Shown here: one piece after another, positions 38,580-51,447 of the stretch | Layout: every line of letters starts with the position of its first letter | How positions within the stretch are numbered: the stretch's first letter is position 1 | DNA from: Octopus sinensis | Taxonomy: Eukaryota | Direction of reading: 5' to 3' | Assembly (NCBI RefSeq): GCF_006345805.1 | Contig: NC_042997.1 | Span: forward strand, 125,364,001-125,428,000 | DNA: 64,000 nt | The notes under the pieces: model-generated | Database searches by the model: none | What the model was told of the DNA's origin: nothing | The model's input: the letters and a program-made list of their open reading frames with translations, nothing else | Made by a program: the position numbers and the translations under genes

Positions 38580-38930
38580 CTGCTACTACTGCTGAGATTG
38601 TTGTTGAGTAGGTGGTGGTGGGGGAGGGGCTACTACTGGTAGTGCTGCTGCTGGTTTATTGTTGCTGTTGATTTTGTCGTTGCAATCGCCCGTAATGTTG
38701 TTATTGTTGTTGTTACTGCGTTTCGTGTTACTGTTGCTATCGCTGATTGTGTTACTGTTGTTGATGTTTCTGTTAACCTCATTGTTATTATTCCCGCTAC
38801 TGCTGCTGATGCTGCTGATGCTGCTGATGCTGATGCTGCCACTCACATTTTTGCTGTTGTTACTGCTGCTGTTGATTTTATTTTTAGCCGTTCCTGCTGC
38901 TGCTACTGCTGCTGTTGTTGTTGTTGTTGC
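38580..38930. repeat. (GTT/GCT/ACT) trinucleotide low-complexity tract
   Basis: Directly visible. Confidence 0.85.
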
Positions 38931-38960
38931 TTAGCTTCTGGTTAACACTGCTACTCTTCA

Positions 38961-39453
38961 TGAGCCCTGCTTACCCTTGCTAGTGACGGGCAGCCCTGGT
39001 TAGCCCTAGTTAGCCTTGGTTAGCCCTGGTTGACTATTGTCAGCCTCGATTAAACCTGGTTAATCCTGATTAGACTTGATTAGCCCTGACTAGTCTTGGT
39101 TAGAACTAGGAAGTATTGGTTTGACCTGGTTAGTCTTGATTAACCCTGGTTAGTGTTGGTTAATGTTCAGTAGCCCTAGTTAGCGTTCAATAAACCTGGT
39201 TGGCTCTAGTTAGCCTTCGTTAGCCCTGGTTGACTATTGCCAGCCTTGGTTAGCCCTGGTTAATCCTGGTTAGACTTGATTGGCCATGACTAGTCTTGGT
39301 TTGAGCTAGGTAGTTTTGGTTAGACCTGGTTAGTCCTGATTAACCCTGGTTAGTGCTGGTTAATGTTCAGTAGCCCTAGTTAACGTTCAATAAACCTGGT
39401 TAGACCTGGTTAACCGTGGATAGCCCTGGTTAGCCTAAATTATCCCTGGTTAA
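38961..39453. repeat. Decanucleotide minisatellite (consensus TAGCCCTGGT) with a 200-bp higher-order repeat
   Basis: Strict 10-nt phase; the variant series starting tgactattg at 39031 recurs at 39231 in the same order. Confidence 0.9.
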
Positions 39454-39747
39454 CAAGCATTCCATAATTTCTTAAACATAATTTACCACTCTACCGTGCA
39501 AAATGCTTTTTTCTTTTTCTCGACTGCAAGGTGTGATTTGAGCAAGGTTTCGGGTAGTATTTCTAGCAGACCATGTGGCCGGATAAAAGTTTATCGTTTG
39601 TTCGTCAGGTTATTGTTGTTGATGATGATGCTGTTGCCATCGTTTAAAATTTATATTGAACAACATATTTTATAGCGGTGTTAACCACATTTATAGGAAG
39701 ATTAAAGAGGTTGTGTAGATATATATATGTGTATGCGTCTGTGTGTG

Positions 39748-39781
<34 letters not shown>

Positions 39782-40194
39782 GATATGTATGTTTATGAAA
39801 TAACTGAAAGAAAATGCTTTGAGAACTCTTTCATGAATATAAACTCAAATATATAAAAGTACACCTCTTTGTGTGTACGCATGTATGTGTGTGTGTGTGT
39901 GTGTATGTATATATATATATGTATATATGTATATATGTATATATATATATATGTGCGTGTGTGTGTGTGCGTGTTGTATATATGTACATATATACATATA
40001 TATATATATATATTTATGTATGTGTATATATGTATATATGTATATATATATATATGCATCTATATATATGTGTGTATATATATATATGCATACACACATA
40101 TATATATAAATATACATATATATATATATACATATATATATACATATAGATAGATACATATATATTATATATATATATATGTATATACATATGG

Positions 40195-40259
<65 letters not shown>

Positions 40260-40609
40260 AACAAAGATACTAACCACCTCTCATACAAAACACACGCGTT
40301 AACAGAGCTAACACAACCAAGAATCCCCACAAGGATAAATATAATATGCTAAGTGCGCTGGTTGATATATATATAAAAAACATTAAAACATTGTATTAAG
40401 TCAGTGTTTAGTTATTTTCGTTATTTACATATTTCCTTCTTCGTTTTAAGTAGTGTTTCCATTATTTATTAAATCTTTAATCGTGTTGTCTTTTGTTAAA
40501 ATAATAATGGATTAAACTCACTTCGCTATTATAAAGAGTAATTCTTTAGAATAAATAGAAACATCAAATACAAGCAAATCAATAATGATTCTTGGAAGAA
40601 AAGGAAACA

Positions 40610-40659
<50 letters not shown>

Positions 40660-40686
40660 ATATATATATATCATATTTATATATAC

Positions 40687-40745
<59 letters not shown>

Positions 40746-41597
40746 TATGTGTGTGTGGTGTGTGTGTTGTGTGTGTGTGTGTTATATATTTATATATATA
40801 TATATATGTTGTTCAGTTAATATGAAGAAAAAAGCATTCTAATATCTCAGACATTTTCTGTCGATTTAGTGAAATGTGAAAAAAATATATTTTTTATTAT
40901 ATGTTTGTATTCTCGTTGCTATTTTTTCTTTGTTAAGATGTTGTTATTGTTCACGTAAGTCTTGTTATTTATTTGGTTTATATTCTTGAGTGATTCTTCA
41001 GGGGGGTTGTTTGTTTGTTTCTGTTTTTTGTTTTTTGTTGTAGTTTTTTTTTTCCTTTTGGTAGAGAGCTGGAATAGAGTGGTGGTGGTTTGTTTTTAAT
41101 AAATCGAAAGAAAAGTACATCTCTGTATCCTAGAAGAATTGGTTGGTGGCTACAACAGGAAGTTTAATTACTTAGGATTACAAGAAATTGAGAATTCTTC
41201 TTCAATCTGAAAGTAACTTATGACCGAATGGCTCAATGTCTTAGTGGATTCTAGATTTAATTATGTTGTTTTTATTAATGAGTATCGTGACTATCTTCAT
41301 GCTACGATAGTTCTTGCTTTGTTAGTTTTTCGTTTTGTTTTTAATGTTAATCTGTCTGTCTGCCTTGCAACTTATGTAACTTTCTACTAACATCAATTAA
41401 TCAATTTTTTTTAGCTTCTACATACACACCTGATTACCTGAGATGTTTACTTATATATATACGAGTAGATCTGCAATCAGCTTGAAAGAAAGGCGTTTAA
41501 AGATGCTCAACCAACAGAGCTACCTACATTGAGAATTGTAATATAAGTTGTTGTGTATACCACATTTGCTTACACTGTAATCCTCTGTAAAAATCAG

Positions 41598-41783
41598 CAT
41601 AGGAGTGGCTGTGTAGTAAGTAGCTTGCTTACGAACTACATGGTTCCGAGTTCAGTCCCACCGCGTGGCACCTTGGGCAAGTGTCTTCTACTATAGCCTC
41701 GGGCCAACCAAAGCCTTGTGAGTGGATTTGGTAGTCGGAAACTGAAAGAAGCCCGTCGTATATATATATATATATATATATAT

Positions 41784-41831
<48 letters not shown>

Positions 41832-42047
41832 ATATGTTTGTGTCTGTGTTTGCTCCCCCCTCCATCGCTTGACAACCGATGCTGGTGTGTTTACGGTCTC
41901 CGTAAGTTAGCGGTTCGGCAAAAGAGGCCGATAGAATAAGTACTAGGCTTACAAAGAATAAGTCCTGGGGTCGATGTGCTCGACTAAACGCGGTGCTCCA
42001 GCATGGCCGCAGTTACATAACTGAAACAAGTAAAAAAAGTAAGAGTA
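41598..42047 (+). mobile_element. SINE family B copy, full length
   Basis: Matches consensus, with internal (AT)n. Confidence 0.88.
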
Positions 42048-42291
42048 TCTGGCCAGGTAAAGTCTTTGAATTAATAGTACAGTTATTATTATTTCCCTAT
42101 TTCACAGACGCTTGTACTCTCTACCCTTTTACTGCAGAAATCAGATACATCCACTCAATATTTCATAAATTCATAACCGTGGAAAGTAGTTTTATATACA
42201 AACCTATCTTTTGATGACGAATGTCATGTTTGAAACAAATTTTCTCTTAAAATACGTCAAGATTACCGAAGCAACGTGACTTGCAGAAAAT

Positions 42292-43083
42292 ATCAGTTCT
42301 TTTTTTTTTTCGGTAAACATTATAACATCATTCCTAGAATAACCATGACATTTATGTACGTAATTAAAGGGTTACAGTAAACCCCAGCAAGTATCAGTGT
42401 GACATTAATATCAAATTATTGAGACATTAATATCAAATTATTTAATGCCCACTTTCCAGATGTTGACTGGATTGGATGGTTTGACAGGATCTGGCAAACC
42501 CCAGGGCCACACCAAGCTCCCTTTGTCATAATTTTATACTAAAACCTCTTATTAACCTATATTTTAGATGTCAGATTACTAATGAAAAATAAAAATAATT
42601 TACTAAATCCATTCCAAATTCTTGATTATTTTCAGAGTTAACTGAAAAAACATCATCTTTGTTTAATGTCCATCTTCCATGCTGAAATGAGTTGGACAGT
42701 TCAACAGGATCTGAGGAGTCAGAAGACTGCATTAAGTTCCAATGTCTGCTTTGGCATGACTTCCAATGCTAGATGTCCTCCCTAACACCAATTACTCTAC
42801 AGAATGTACTGAGTACCTTTTTTTCTTTTTCGTGGAATTAGGGTCACTATTTCATCTACCAGTCTACTGATTGATGAACACAACATTCCCCACAATGATG
42901 CCAAATGATGCTTCACAAGGTTTTAGTGATCCCAATAAAGATGACTTAAGCAGTATCAGTTCTGTTATTTTCGGTAAACATTTAACATCATTCCTAGAAT
43001 AACCATGACATTTATGATCGTAGTTAAAGGGTTACAGTAAACTCCAGCTAGGGTCAGTGTGACATTAATATCAAATTATTGAG
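42292..43083. repeat. ~130-bp direct repeat (42292-42425 and 42954-43083) around two fragments of an RTE-type SINE tail
   Basis: tcagttct...ttcggtaaacatt..aacatcattcctagaataaccatgacatttatg..cgta.ttaaagggttacagtaaac.ccagc....tcagtgtgacattaatatcaaattattgaga occurs twice. The interior has ttccatgctg...gatgtcctccctaacaccaa-type sequence (family assignment from memory). Confidence 0.8.
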
Positions 43084-43192
43084 AGGCGTGGCTGTGTAAT
43101 AAGACGTTTGCTTCCCAACCACATTATTTCTGTTTCGATCAAAGCTTTGTGAGTGGTTTTGTTAGACAGAATCTAAAAAAAACTTGTCATAT

Positions 43193-43230
43193 ATGACGAA
43201 GGACAATCATCCTGAAACACGTGTCCCTAG
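43193..43230 (+). ncRNA. Hammerhead relic, 5' side replaced by a truncated family B SINE (43084-43192)
   Basis: (A)TGACGA-AGGA caatca TCCT-GAA-ACACGTGT (perfect palindromic stem III)-C. C3 and the 5' strand of stem I are missing. Confidence 0.55.
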
Positions 43231-43443
43231 ATGCAGCCCGGGCGGCCGGGGGTGTTTGTCTCCCCTTCGTAATTGTATATAAGGACACAGAAAAATGTGT
43301 CAAAGCCATCAGGAGGCGTCGATGCTTCCTAGGGCTAAACAGTGTGTACTGTCACGTGAGTGTTGATTGACGTATACACCATTCTATCGCCCCGCCACCG
43401 TATGTCTATACGAGGGATTAGAATTTAGTATTTCTGATTGTTA

Positions 43444-43497
<54 letters not shown>

Positions 43498-43501
<4 letters not shown>

Positions 43502-43770
43502 CTATACAATATGTTACATTACTCGGTAGTCAAGATAAACGCTGAGTTTCAGATGCCGAAGTGGAATCCACAACACCATCTCTTCGGTATCTGGCTATTT
43601 GAAAACGTTTTCAATAGCAGATAACCGAAGAGATGGTGTTGTGATTTCCATTCGGCATCTGAACTCAGAGTTTTATCTTGACTACCGAGTAATGTAACAT
43701 ATTGTATAGATAAATTTCCTCTATTTACATAATATTGAGGCTCTTTCTTTCTTTTGTTATCTTACCTTTT
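43498..43770. mobile_element. ~216-bp fold-back (43498-43713) with a variant hammerhead fold in each arm
   Basis: Palindrome centred on gaaaacgttttc. Minus arm 43533-43592 reads AGATA-CCGAAGA-GATG...CATC-T-GAA-AC tcagc GT-T-TATCT; plus arm 43619-43678 is equivalent but lacks one A. Confidence 0.7.
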
Positions 43771-43794
43771 ATATCAATATATATATATATATAT

Positions 43795-44022
43795 ATTTCT
43801 TTACTACCCACAAGGGATTAAACACAGAGGGGACAAACAAGGACAGACAAACGGATTAAGTCGATTATATCAACCCCAGTGCGTAACTGGTACTTAATTT
43901 ATTGACCCCGAAAGGATGAAAGGCAAAGTCGACCTCGGCGGAATTTGAACTCAGAACGAAGCGGCAGACGAAATACGGCTACGCATTTCGCCCGGCGTGC
44001 TAACGATTCTGCCAACTCGCCT
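43795..44022 (-). mobile_element. SINE family A copy
   Basis: Full-length match. Confidence 0.88.
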
Positions 44023-44035
44023 TATATATATATAT

Positions 44036-44120
<85 letters not shown>

Positions 44121-44687
44121 CGTGTGTGTGTGTGTGTGTGTTTGGCGTGTGTGCGTGTGTCTTTGTTTCTGCGTTTATGCCTCACCACTGCTTGATAATC
44201 GGTGTTCGTTTCTTTTCTTCCCCGTAACGTAGCGATTCGGCAATATAGACTGGGAGAATAAGTATCGGGCTTAAGAAAATGAGTACTGAGGTCGATTGTT
44301 TCGACTAAAACCTCTTCAAGAAGGAGATGCTCCAGCATGGCCGCAGTCTAATGACTGAAATAAGTAGAAGCTAAAAAATATAGTACAGTGGGTGATGGTC
44401 TTCTAAATAACAAAACACTTTTCAACACAAACAGCATTCCCCAAATACCCAATGTACTAAGAGGCATTACGGCCATACAACAAGATAAAATTACTCGGCA
44501 AAGTATGACCATACAACACGACAAATGAATCAACACAGAACATCTACACAGCAATCTACAAGAAGACCAGATGAAACAACAATGCAACATATTACAATCA
44601 CATTAAGTATGACCACTACAAATATATCGCAATACACTTCTATCACAGAACGCTTCACCCTCACACAACAATAAAACAACAAATGAA

Positions 44688-45474
44688 GGCGGCGAGCTGG
44701 CAGAAACGCTATCTCGCCGGGCGAAATGCTTAGCAGTATTTCATCTGCCGCTACGTTCTGAGTTCAAATTCCGCCGAGCTCGACTTTGCCTTTCATCCTT
44801 TCGGGGTCGATAAATTAAGTACCAGTTACGCACTGGGGTCGATGTAATCGACTTAATCCGTTTGTCTGTCCTTGTTTGTCCCCTCTGTGTGTAGCCCCTT
44901 GTGGGTAGTAAAGAAATAGGTATTTTGTCTGCCGTTACGTTCTGAGTTCAAATTCCGCCACGGTCGACTTTGCCTTTCATCCTTTCGGGGTCGATACATT
45001 TAGTACCAGTTACGTACTAGGGTCGATGTAATCGACTTAATCCGTTTGTCTGTCCTTGTTTGTCCCCTCTGTGTTTAGACCCTTCTGGGTGAGAAATGCG
45101 TAGCCGTATTTCGTCTGCCGTTACGTTCTGAGTTCAAATTCCGCCACGGTCGACTTTGCCTTTCATCCTTTCGGGGTCGATACATTTAGTACCAGTTACG
45201 TACTGGGGTCGATGTAATCGACTTAATCCGTTTGTCTGTCCTTGTTTGTCCCCTCTGTGTTTAGACCCTTCTGGGTGAGAAATGCGTAGCCGTATTTCGT
45301 CTGCCGTTACGTTCTGAGTTCAAATTCCGCCGAGGTCGACTTTGCCTTTCATCCTTTCGGGGTCGATACATTTAGTACCAGTTACGTACTGGGGTTGATG
45401 TAATCGATTTAATCCCTTTGCTTGTCCTTGTTTGTCCCCTCTGTGTTTAGCCCCTTGTGGGCAATAAAGAAATA
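44688..45474 (+). mobile_element. Tandem array of four SINE family A units (~185-bp period); only the first has the complete head
   Basis: tacgttctgagttcaaattccgcc recurs at ~44752, ~44936, ~45122 and ~45308. Confidence 0.92.
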
Positions 45475-46295
45475 ACTACATTAAAACAACAGCACTAGAC
45501 GCATGCAACACGGCTTTAGAACCACAATACACAACCCATAACCACTACACTACACAAGACACTACAATAACCGACGTAGAAATGTAATCACTATTTTAAC
45601 AAATCCTCCTCTGAACTTCCCTTTCACGCCTCTTCTACACTTCCTCCATGTTGTGTGACAACCAGGAACCTTGAACTAAACCCAATCATTCCTTCTTAGA
45701 ACTATAAACATTTGGAATATAATCTCCATCACGACCACCAACTTAACCTAACTGCTACTCTTGTTATTTAGCAAACTTCAGGAAAAGTTACGCTGATTAA
45801 ATTCCTTCGTATTTCTCTAAATATTTTATTGTTACTGTTTCCACACAGTATAATCCATAGCCTCTAGTTAGACTTCAGCTGATTATTCTGCTGGCTGGTC
45901 TCTTTTGGAAACAATCTTTCTTCCGCCTGAAAAATTTATCGCAAATCTGATTACAAAAAAAAAATCTACGTTCCTACAATTCGTAAAATAAAACGACTCC
46001 TTGAAAGAAATAGTCTTTCCCTCTTAAATCCCAAATAATGATTTATTTGTATTTTCTGTTTCTCCTTTATCTTCGTATGTTTTCGTAACTGATCAGGCAT
46101 TTAAACATAGATGTATAGACCTGGACAAGATAAGTTTTTAAGGAAAACATGTAGTAGTTGCCCGTGCATGAAAGTTTCCGCTCTCCACCTTAATGTCGTT
46201 TATCCAAGAGAAAGAAAGGCCGCCAACTTACGCTGATGCAACTTGGCACAAGTGCCGTTGTTGGCACAAATCGTGTAGAAGCCTGTCATACATGT

Positions 46296-46328
<33 letters not shown>

Positions 46329-46520
46329 GTATGTGTGTGTCTTTGTATGTGTGCTCCACCAGAATTTGAAAACAGGTGCTGGTTTGCTTACGACCCGTTA
46401 ACGTAGTGGTTCGCCAGAAACGTTCAACAGAATAGGTACCAGATTTTAAAATGGTACGGGGGTCGGTTTCTTCGATTAAGCTTTTCTAAACGGTGACCCA
46501 ACATGGCCGTAGTCCAATAA

Positions 46521-46929
46521 CTTATTTCTTTACTACCCACAAGGGGCTAAACACAGAGAGGACAAACAAGGAGAGACAAATGGATTAAGTCGATTATATC
46601 GACCCCAGTGCGTAACTGGTTCTTATTTAATCGACCCCGAAAGGATGAAAGGCAAAGTCGACCTCGGCGGAATTTGAACTCAGAACGTAGTGACAGATGA
46701 AACACCTATTTCTTTATTACCCACAAGGGGCTAAACAAAGAGGAGACAAACAAGGACAGACAAACGGATTAAGTCGATTATATCGACCCCAGTGCGTAAC
46801 TGGTACTTATTTAATCGACTCCGAAAGGATGGAAGGCAAAGTCGACCTCGGCGTAAATTTGAACTCAGAACGTAACCGCAGACGAAATACGGCTACGCAT
46901 TTCGTCCGGCGTGCTAACGTTTCTGCCAC
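46521..46929 (-). mobile_element. Tandem dimer of SINE family A
   Basis: Two consecutive units, same junction position as the 44688 array. Confidence 0.88.
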
Positions 46930-47510
46930 TGAAATAAGTAAAAGCGACATGGTAAAAGGTAAATTAAATACGGTTTTTTTCATACGCGATTCAGCAATTC
47001 AAACTATATCTTCTGCTTGTTCATTGACATCGTACAATCCTCACACTTGAATCTACACAGCATTACTACTTCATTTTTCAGTGAACCCATTTTATTTTCT
47101 GAAATGTCCGGACTATCAGAATACATCAGAAGCTTAAGTAAAATGTAATAGATTCAATTATATAGAAATTCGCTTTCCGAGGCCAGAAAACATATAAAAA
47201 CTATGGAAGTATTTATTCTGTATTTAGTATAGTGCTTTATGAGCATGTCTGGTCATTTGCCAGTATCTTTACACCTGCGTACACAGCCATGTCGCATAAA
47301 ATGGTCAGAACGAAAATTCTTTAAAATTTTCAGTGACCTTGTTCGTTGTACTATGTCAGAGTTATTTGGAATTACAGTTCCCAACGGAGTGTGCAATCAA
47401 TTATTCATGAGCAAACACACATATATACTGCACATAGCAACACGGAACACTACACTTCAACAAACACAAACTGTACACACATACGTATGCACACGCACAT
47501 ATATACATAT

Positions 47511-47585
<75 letters not shown>

Positions 47586-47648
47586 AATGTATACATGTAT
47601 GTATGCATATATATATATATGTACGTACATGCATACATACATACAGGC

Positions 47649-47679
<31 letters not shown>

Positions 47680-47725
47680 AGAGAGAAATAGATAATTATA
47701 TAAGATATGAAATATATATGTATAT

Positions 47726-47793
<68 letters not shown>

Positions 47794-48219
47794 CGTAATC
47801 ACATGCGTAATATATAACAGATTATAGGTACCAAATGCACATATAAATATATACACGTATGCATATATGCATGCATCTGTAATATATATATTACAGATGC
47901 ACGCATATATGCATACGTAATATATATATTACCATTTGGGTGTGTCTGTACCAATTGTCTATATAATATCCTATAATGAATAATTATAACTGCAATTGAT
48001 TATCTCTTTCTGATTCCAAGATTTCACACATTTACATTTAATTAGCTTTATGTATGTCTCTAGTGAGTTAAGTAGCAAATCAATAAAGCATCACCCAGAC
48101 GGCGAGTTCGATACTGATATAGTCTTTGAAAACTGAAGAACTTGATGATTAATCAGTTTTCACAAGACTGAGTTTTACTTCGCCATTACTCGGCTTATTA
48201 AAACTAATGGAATAATGGA

Positions 48220-48302
<83 letters not shown>

Positions 48303-48364
48303 TATATATATATTATATATATATATATATATATACATACATACATACATGCATATATACATAT

Positions 48365-48710
48365 TTGTAAATACAAACTAACTGGAAATCTGTCGGTGAC
48401 GACGAAGAGTGTTCCAGTCGATCCCCGATCAATGGAACGCGCTGCTCGTGAAATTATCGTGCCACTGGCTGAGCACTCTACAAACACGCGTACCCGTAAT
48501 TTAGTTCTCAGAAAAATTGAGCGTCACATAGAATGACATGGAATATGTCCAGACCCTTTGACTTAGAGGTACAACTCATTTTTGCCAGTTGAGTTAGCTG
48601 ATGCAACGTGTAATAAAGTGTCTTGCTCAAGGACACAAATCGCCGAAGGTATCGAATTTATAGCCCTACAATCTTGAGCCTTATACCTTACCACTTGACC
48701 GACGCTTTAG
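48365..48710 (-). mobile_element. tRNA-derived CORE-type SINE (family E), diverged
   Basis: aataaagtgtcttgctcaaggacac CORE-like block, tRNA-like head at ~48650-48710 and a distinct 3' body. Confidence 0.7.
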
Positions 48711-48739
48711 CCATCACTTAGAAGAACTAACAGACATAT

Positions 48740-50260
48740 CCTAGATAGATTCAAGTAGGTAGGACCTAATGAAAGCCCTTAACTCCATAGGACTCAACAT
48801 TACAGTCGAGATCAACCTTGCCCCTAAACTTTATGGGTGTTAGCTTGGACCTAGACAGGTATTCGTACAGGCCCTACCGCAAACCAAACGAAAGGCTGTC
48901 GTATATCAAGACAGTCTCCCGCGATAGGTCTATAGTGTTAAAGAACATTGTAATGGGTGTCAGCAAGAGGATTTCGAACCTCTCTTCTAGACAAGAGATT
49001 TTCGACGCTGCAGTCCCCTCTTAAAACGAGGCTCTAGGGTCCAGTGTGTTTAAGGGCGACATTTCCTGCATGTCGGGCCCTAACACCCATAAAAGAAAGC
49101 GCCAACGTAAAATCGTTTGATTTACCCCCACCCTTCTCACTCAATGTCAAAACTTGTGTGGGAAGAATATTCCTTAGATTGGTGGACAAACACTTCAAAC
49201 AGTAACTCAGATACGGACATTTACTTAATAGACACAAGTTTAGCGTCTCATTCAGATGCGCGCCCAGCACTAAGAAAATATTTGTGAGACCTCTAAGCCA
49301 CGAACAGAGGCAGGATTCTCATGTAGGGTGTACAATGACTGCTCAGTAGGAAGGTGTCGATGCGAAGCCAAGGAGTTCGTGTATGAAGCCAAGGGGGTGA
49401 CCGGCACTGGTAATCAGAGCAGCAGCGGAGGTAGCAACGGCAGCAACGACATATTCATCGATAACAAGAGCAACAGCGACAGCAATGACAGCGGCAGCAG
49501 CAGTAGCGCGTTAAGCAGCAGAGGTTGCAATATCGACGATTACAACGCGGCAACAACATTAGCAATACAGCTGGTAATGGCAGCTACACCAGAGACATCT
49601 GCAATACCAGGATCACGCCCAGGAAAACATCAGCGGCAACGAGTCCAGCCATTACACCTGCAGCAACAAAAGCAACGGCAACAACGCCTGCATCGGGCCC
49701 GATAAAGACAGCAGCAGAGTTAAGGAAAGCAACACCAGCGACCGTAGAACATCCAGCGCATAGTCACGGAAATATGTCGGTTCCACCGGCGGCTCCTTTG
49801 AGCAGCGTCTGAGTAACCACAGATTCTCCTTTAGGATATCGGAGAGGCGCAAAATCACGTCCCTGACCAGCCATGTGTGGCGTTTAAAAGAGAAGAGTAT
49901 GCCATACAGTATTAAATGGAAGTTTCTCGAACAACCGAGGTAATATAACAATGGGAGCGAACGATGTAAGCTTTGCTTGGCCGAGAGAGCAAGAATCCTG
50001 GAAAACTTGCTTGTCCTGGAGGCCTTTTTAAACTCTAAAAAAGATGTGTTTAGTCAACGCCCGCATCAGAGACGTTTCTTGCTGCAAGCTTGGAATTACC
50101 AATTTTCCGTATAGGAGCATGCCACCACCTTCGAATCTTAAACCGATTGCACAATTGCATTTCGTTTTATCATAAAAAGCTGATGAATTGTGACGTTTCT
50201 GTCTTACCCAGGAGCAGTTTTGTTATAAAGTAATATTAAATGGTTTCAACCGAGAATGGA
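48740..50260 (+). pseudogene. Penelope-like element 3' half: RT C-terminus + GIY-YIG endonuclease + 3' repeat
   Basis: YRPYRKPNERLSYI; RKRQRKIV*F.PPFSLNVKTCVGRIFLRLVDKHF; EFVYEAK; KYVGSTGGSFEQRLSNHRFSF; LTSHVWRLKEK..YSIKWKFLE; RCKLCLAE; LNSKKDVFS. These are PLE hallmark motifs, with stops and frameshifts. Confidence 0.9.
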
Positions 50261-51286
50261 AACCGTATCGTTGTGTTGACTTAGCGTAAGCTTGATTCTA
50301 GCACTACATCACTTATCGCTCGCATTTAAACATTGCTAATGAAGCCATAATATTTATTATGCTACATCAACGTCCATCACTGATAGCGTCGCAATTGTTT
50401 GAGTAAGTTGTTATAGCTGAATGGCATTGTTTAACCGTAAGTTCATAGCTGGGCAGAGTAAGATAAGATTATCATAGGAAGATTAGCGAATGATAAAGAT
50501 AATTTAATTTTTAGTTATAGACCAAAACACTTGGCTGGAGAATCTAGAGAGCAGGACATTTTATTAGTTATAGAACAAATGAGAGATTTCGAACAAAGAC
50601 TAATGGCGATTTTTATCAGAAACGACGATGATTTAAGTACTGCAGTGTTTGCTATTTTCTCGAGAGATAAAAGGGGAAATATATGTAAGAGTTTTAAAAG
50701 GAGAAATAGTATTCGCAGCAGCTTAATTTATCAGAAGTTTTATAAGAAAAGAGACGGAGATAAAAGAAGAGGAAGTAAGAGAAGGAAAGAAAAAGAGAAA
50801 AAGGAAAATAAAGAAGTGGTCTGGCTAAATTCATACAGAAGAATACGTTGCAGTCAAATATTGAATTTCTGGCATTCTTGGAAAAACAAAAAAAAATTTT
50901 TTAACAATCCATTTTTTTCCCTTTTTTTTTTTGTTTGCTGTCAGATTAGCAAAGGTTGTAAGAAGAATATTTTAAAATGTCCCTCCCTTCTCCCTTGAGG
51001 GCTTCTGAAAAGTGAGAAAGTTATGTTTAGCTTCAGTTACATAGCTTGAAGCAGCTGTAGGATAAAAACAAAAAAAAATGTCCGCGGAATAGGATGATGA
51101 TGATAAGGAGGAGGAGGAGGTCTTAGGAGGGAAGGAAAAGAAACAGAAAGTGTTGTAGCAGCCTATAGAACCTTAACAAGTAATGTAAAGCGCACTGCTA
51201 ACACAGTAGGACACGATGTCATATAAAAACGTTTAATATGTTTTAAAGAAACGAAATACTACGTCCCTACAAGTCATTAATATTCA

Positions 51287-51337
51287 AGCAGCAGCAGCAG
51301 TAGCAGTAGCAGCAGCAGCAGCAGCAGCAGTAGTAGC

Positions 51338-51382
<45 letters not shown>

Positions 51383-51414
51383 CGTCGTCGTCGTCGTGGC
51401 GGCAGCAGTAGCAC

Positions 51415-51447
<33 letters not shown>

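Noticed and set aside
38961-39453. Interstitial telomeric repeat
   Set aside because: The unit is a 10-mer. Only occasional TAACCC matches occur, with no (TTAGGG)n run.
44688-45474. CRISPR-like array (also considered for 16653-18155 and 8165-8520)
   Set aside because: No unique spacers; whole units repeat, and the context is eukaryotic with no cas genes.
50170-50260. Hammerhead at the 3' end of the 48740-50260 PLE (CTGATGA at ~50180)
   Set aside because: No GAAA or stem III in register; too decayed to call.
50531-50998. 155-aa ORF as a protein-coding exon
   Set aside because: Starts at TTG, has no recognisable motif, and its second half is purine-rich and A/T-run low complexity.
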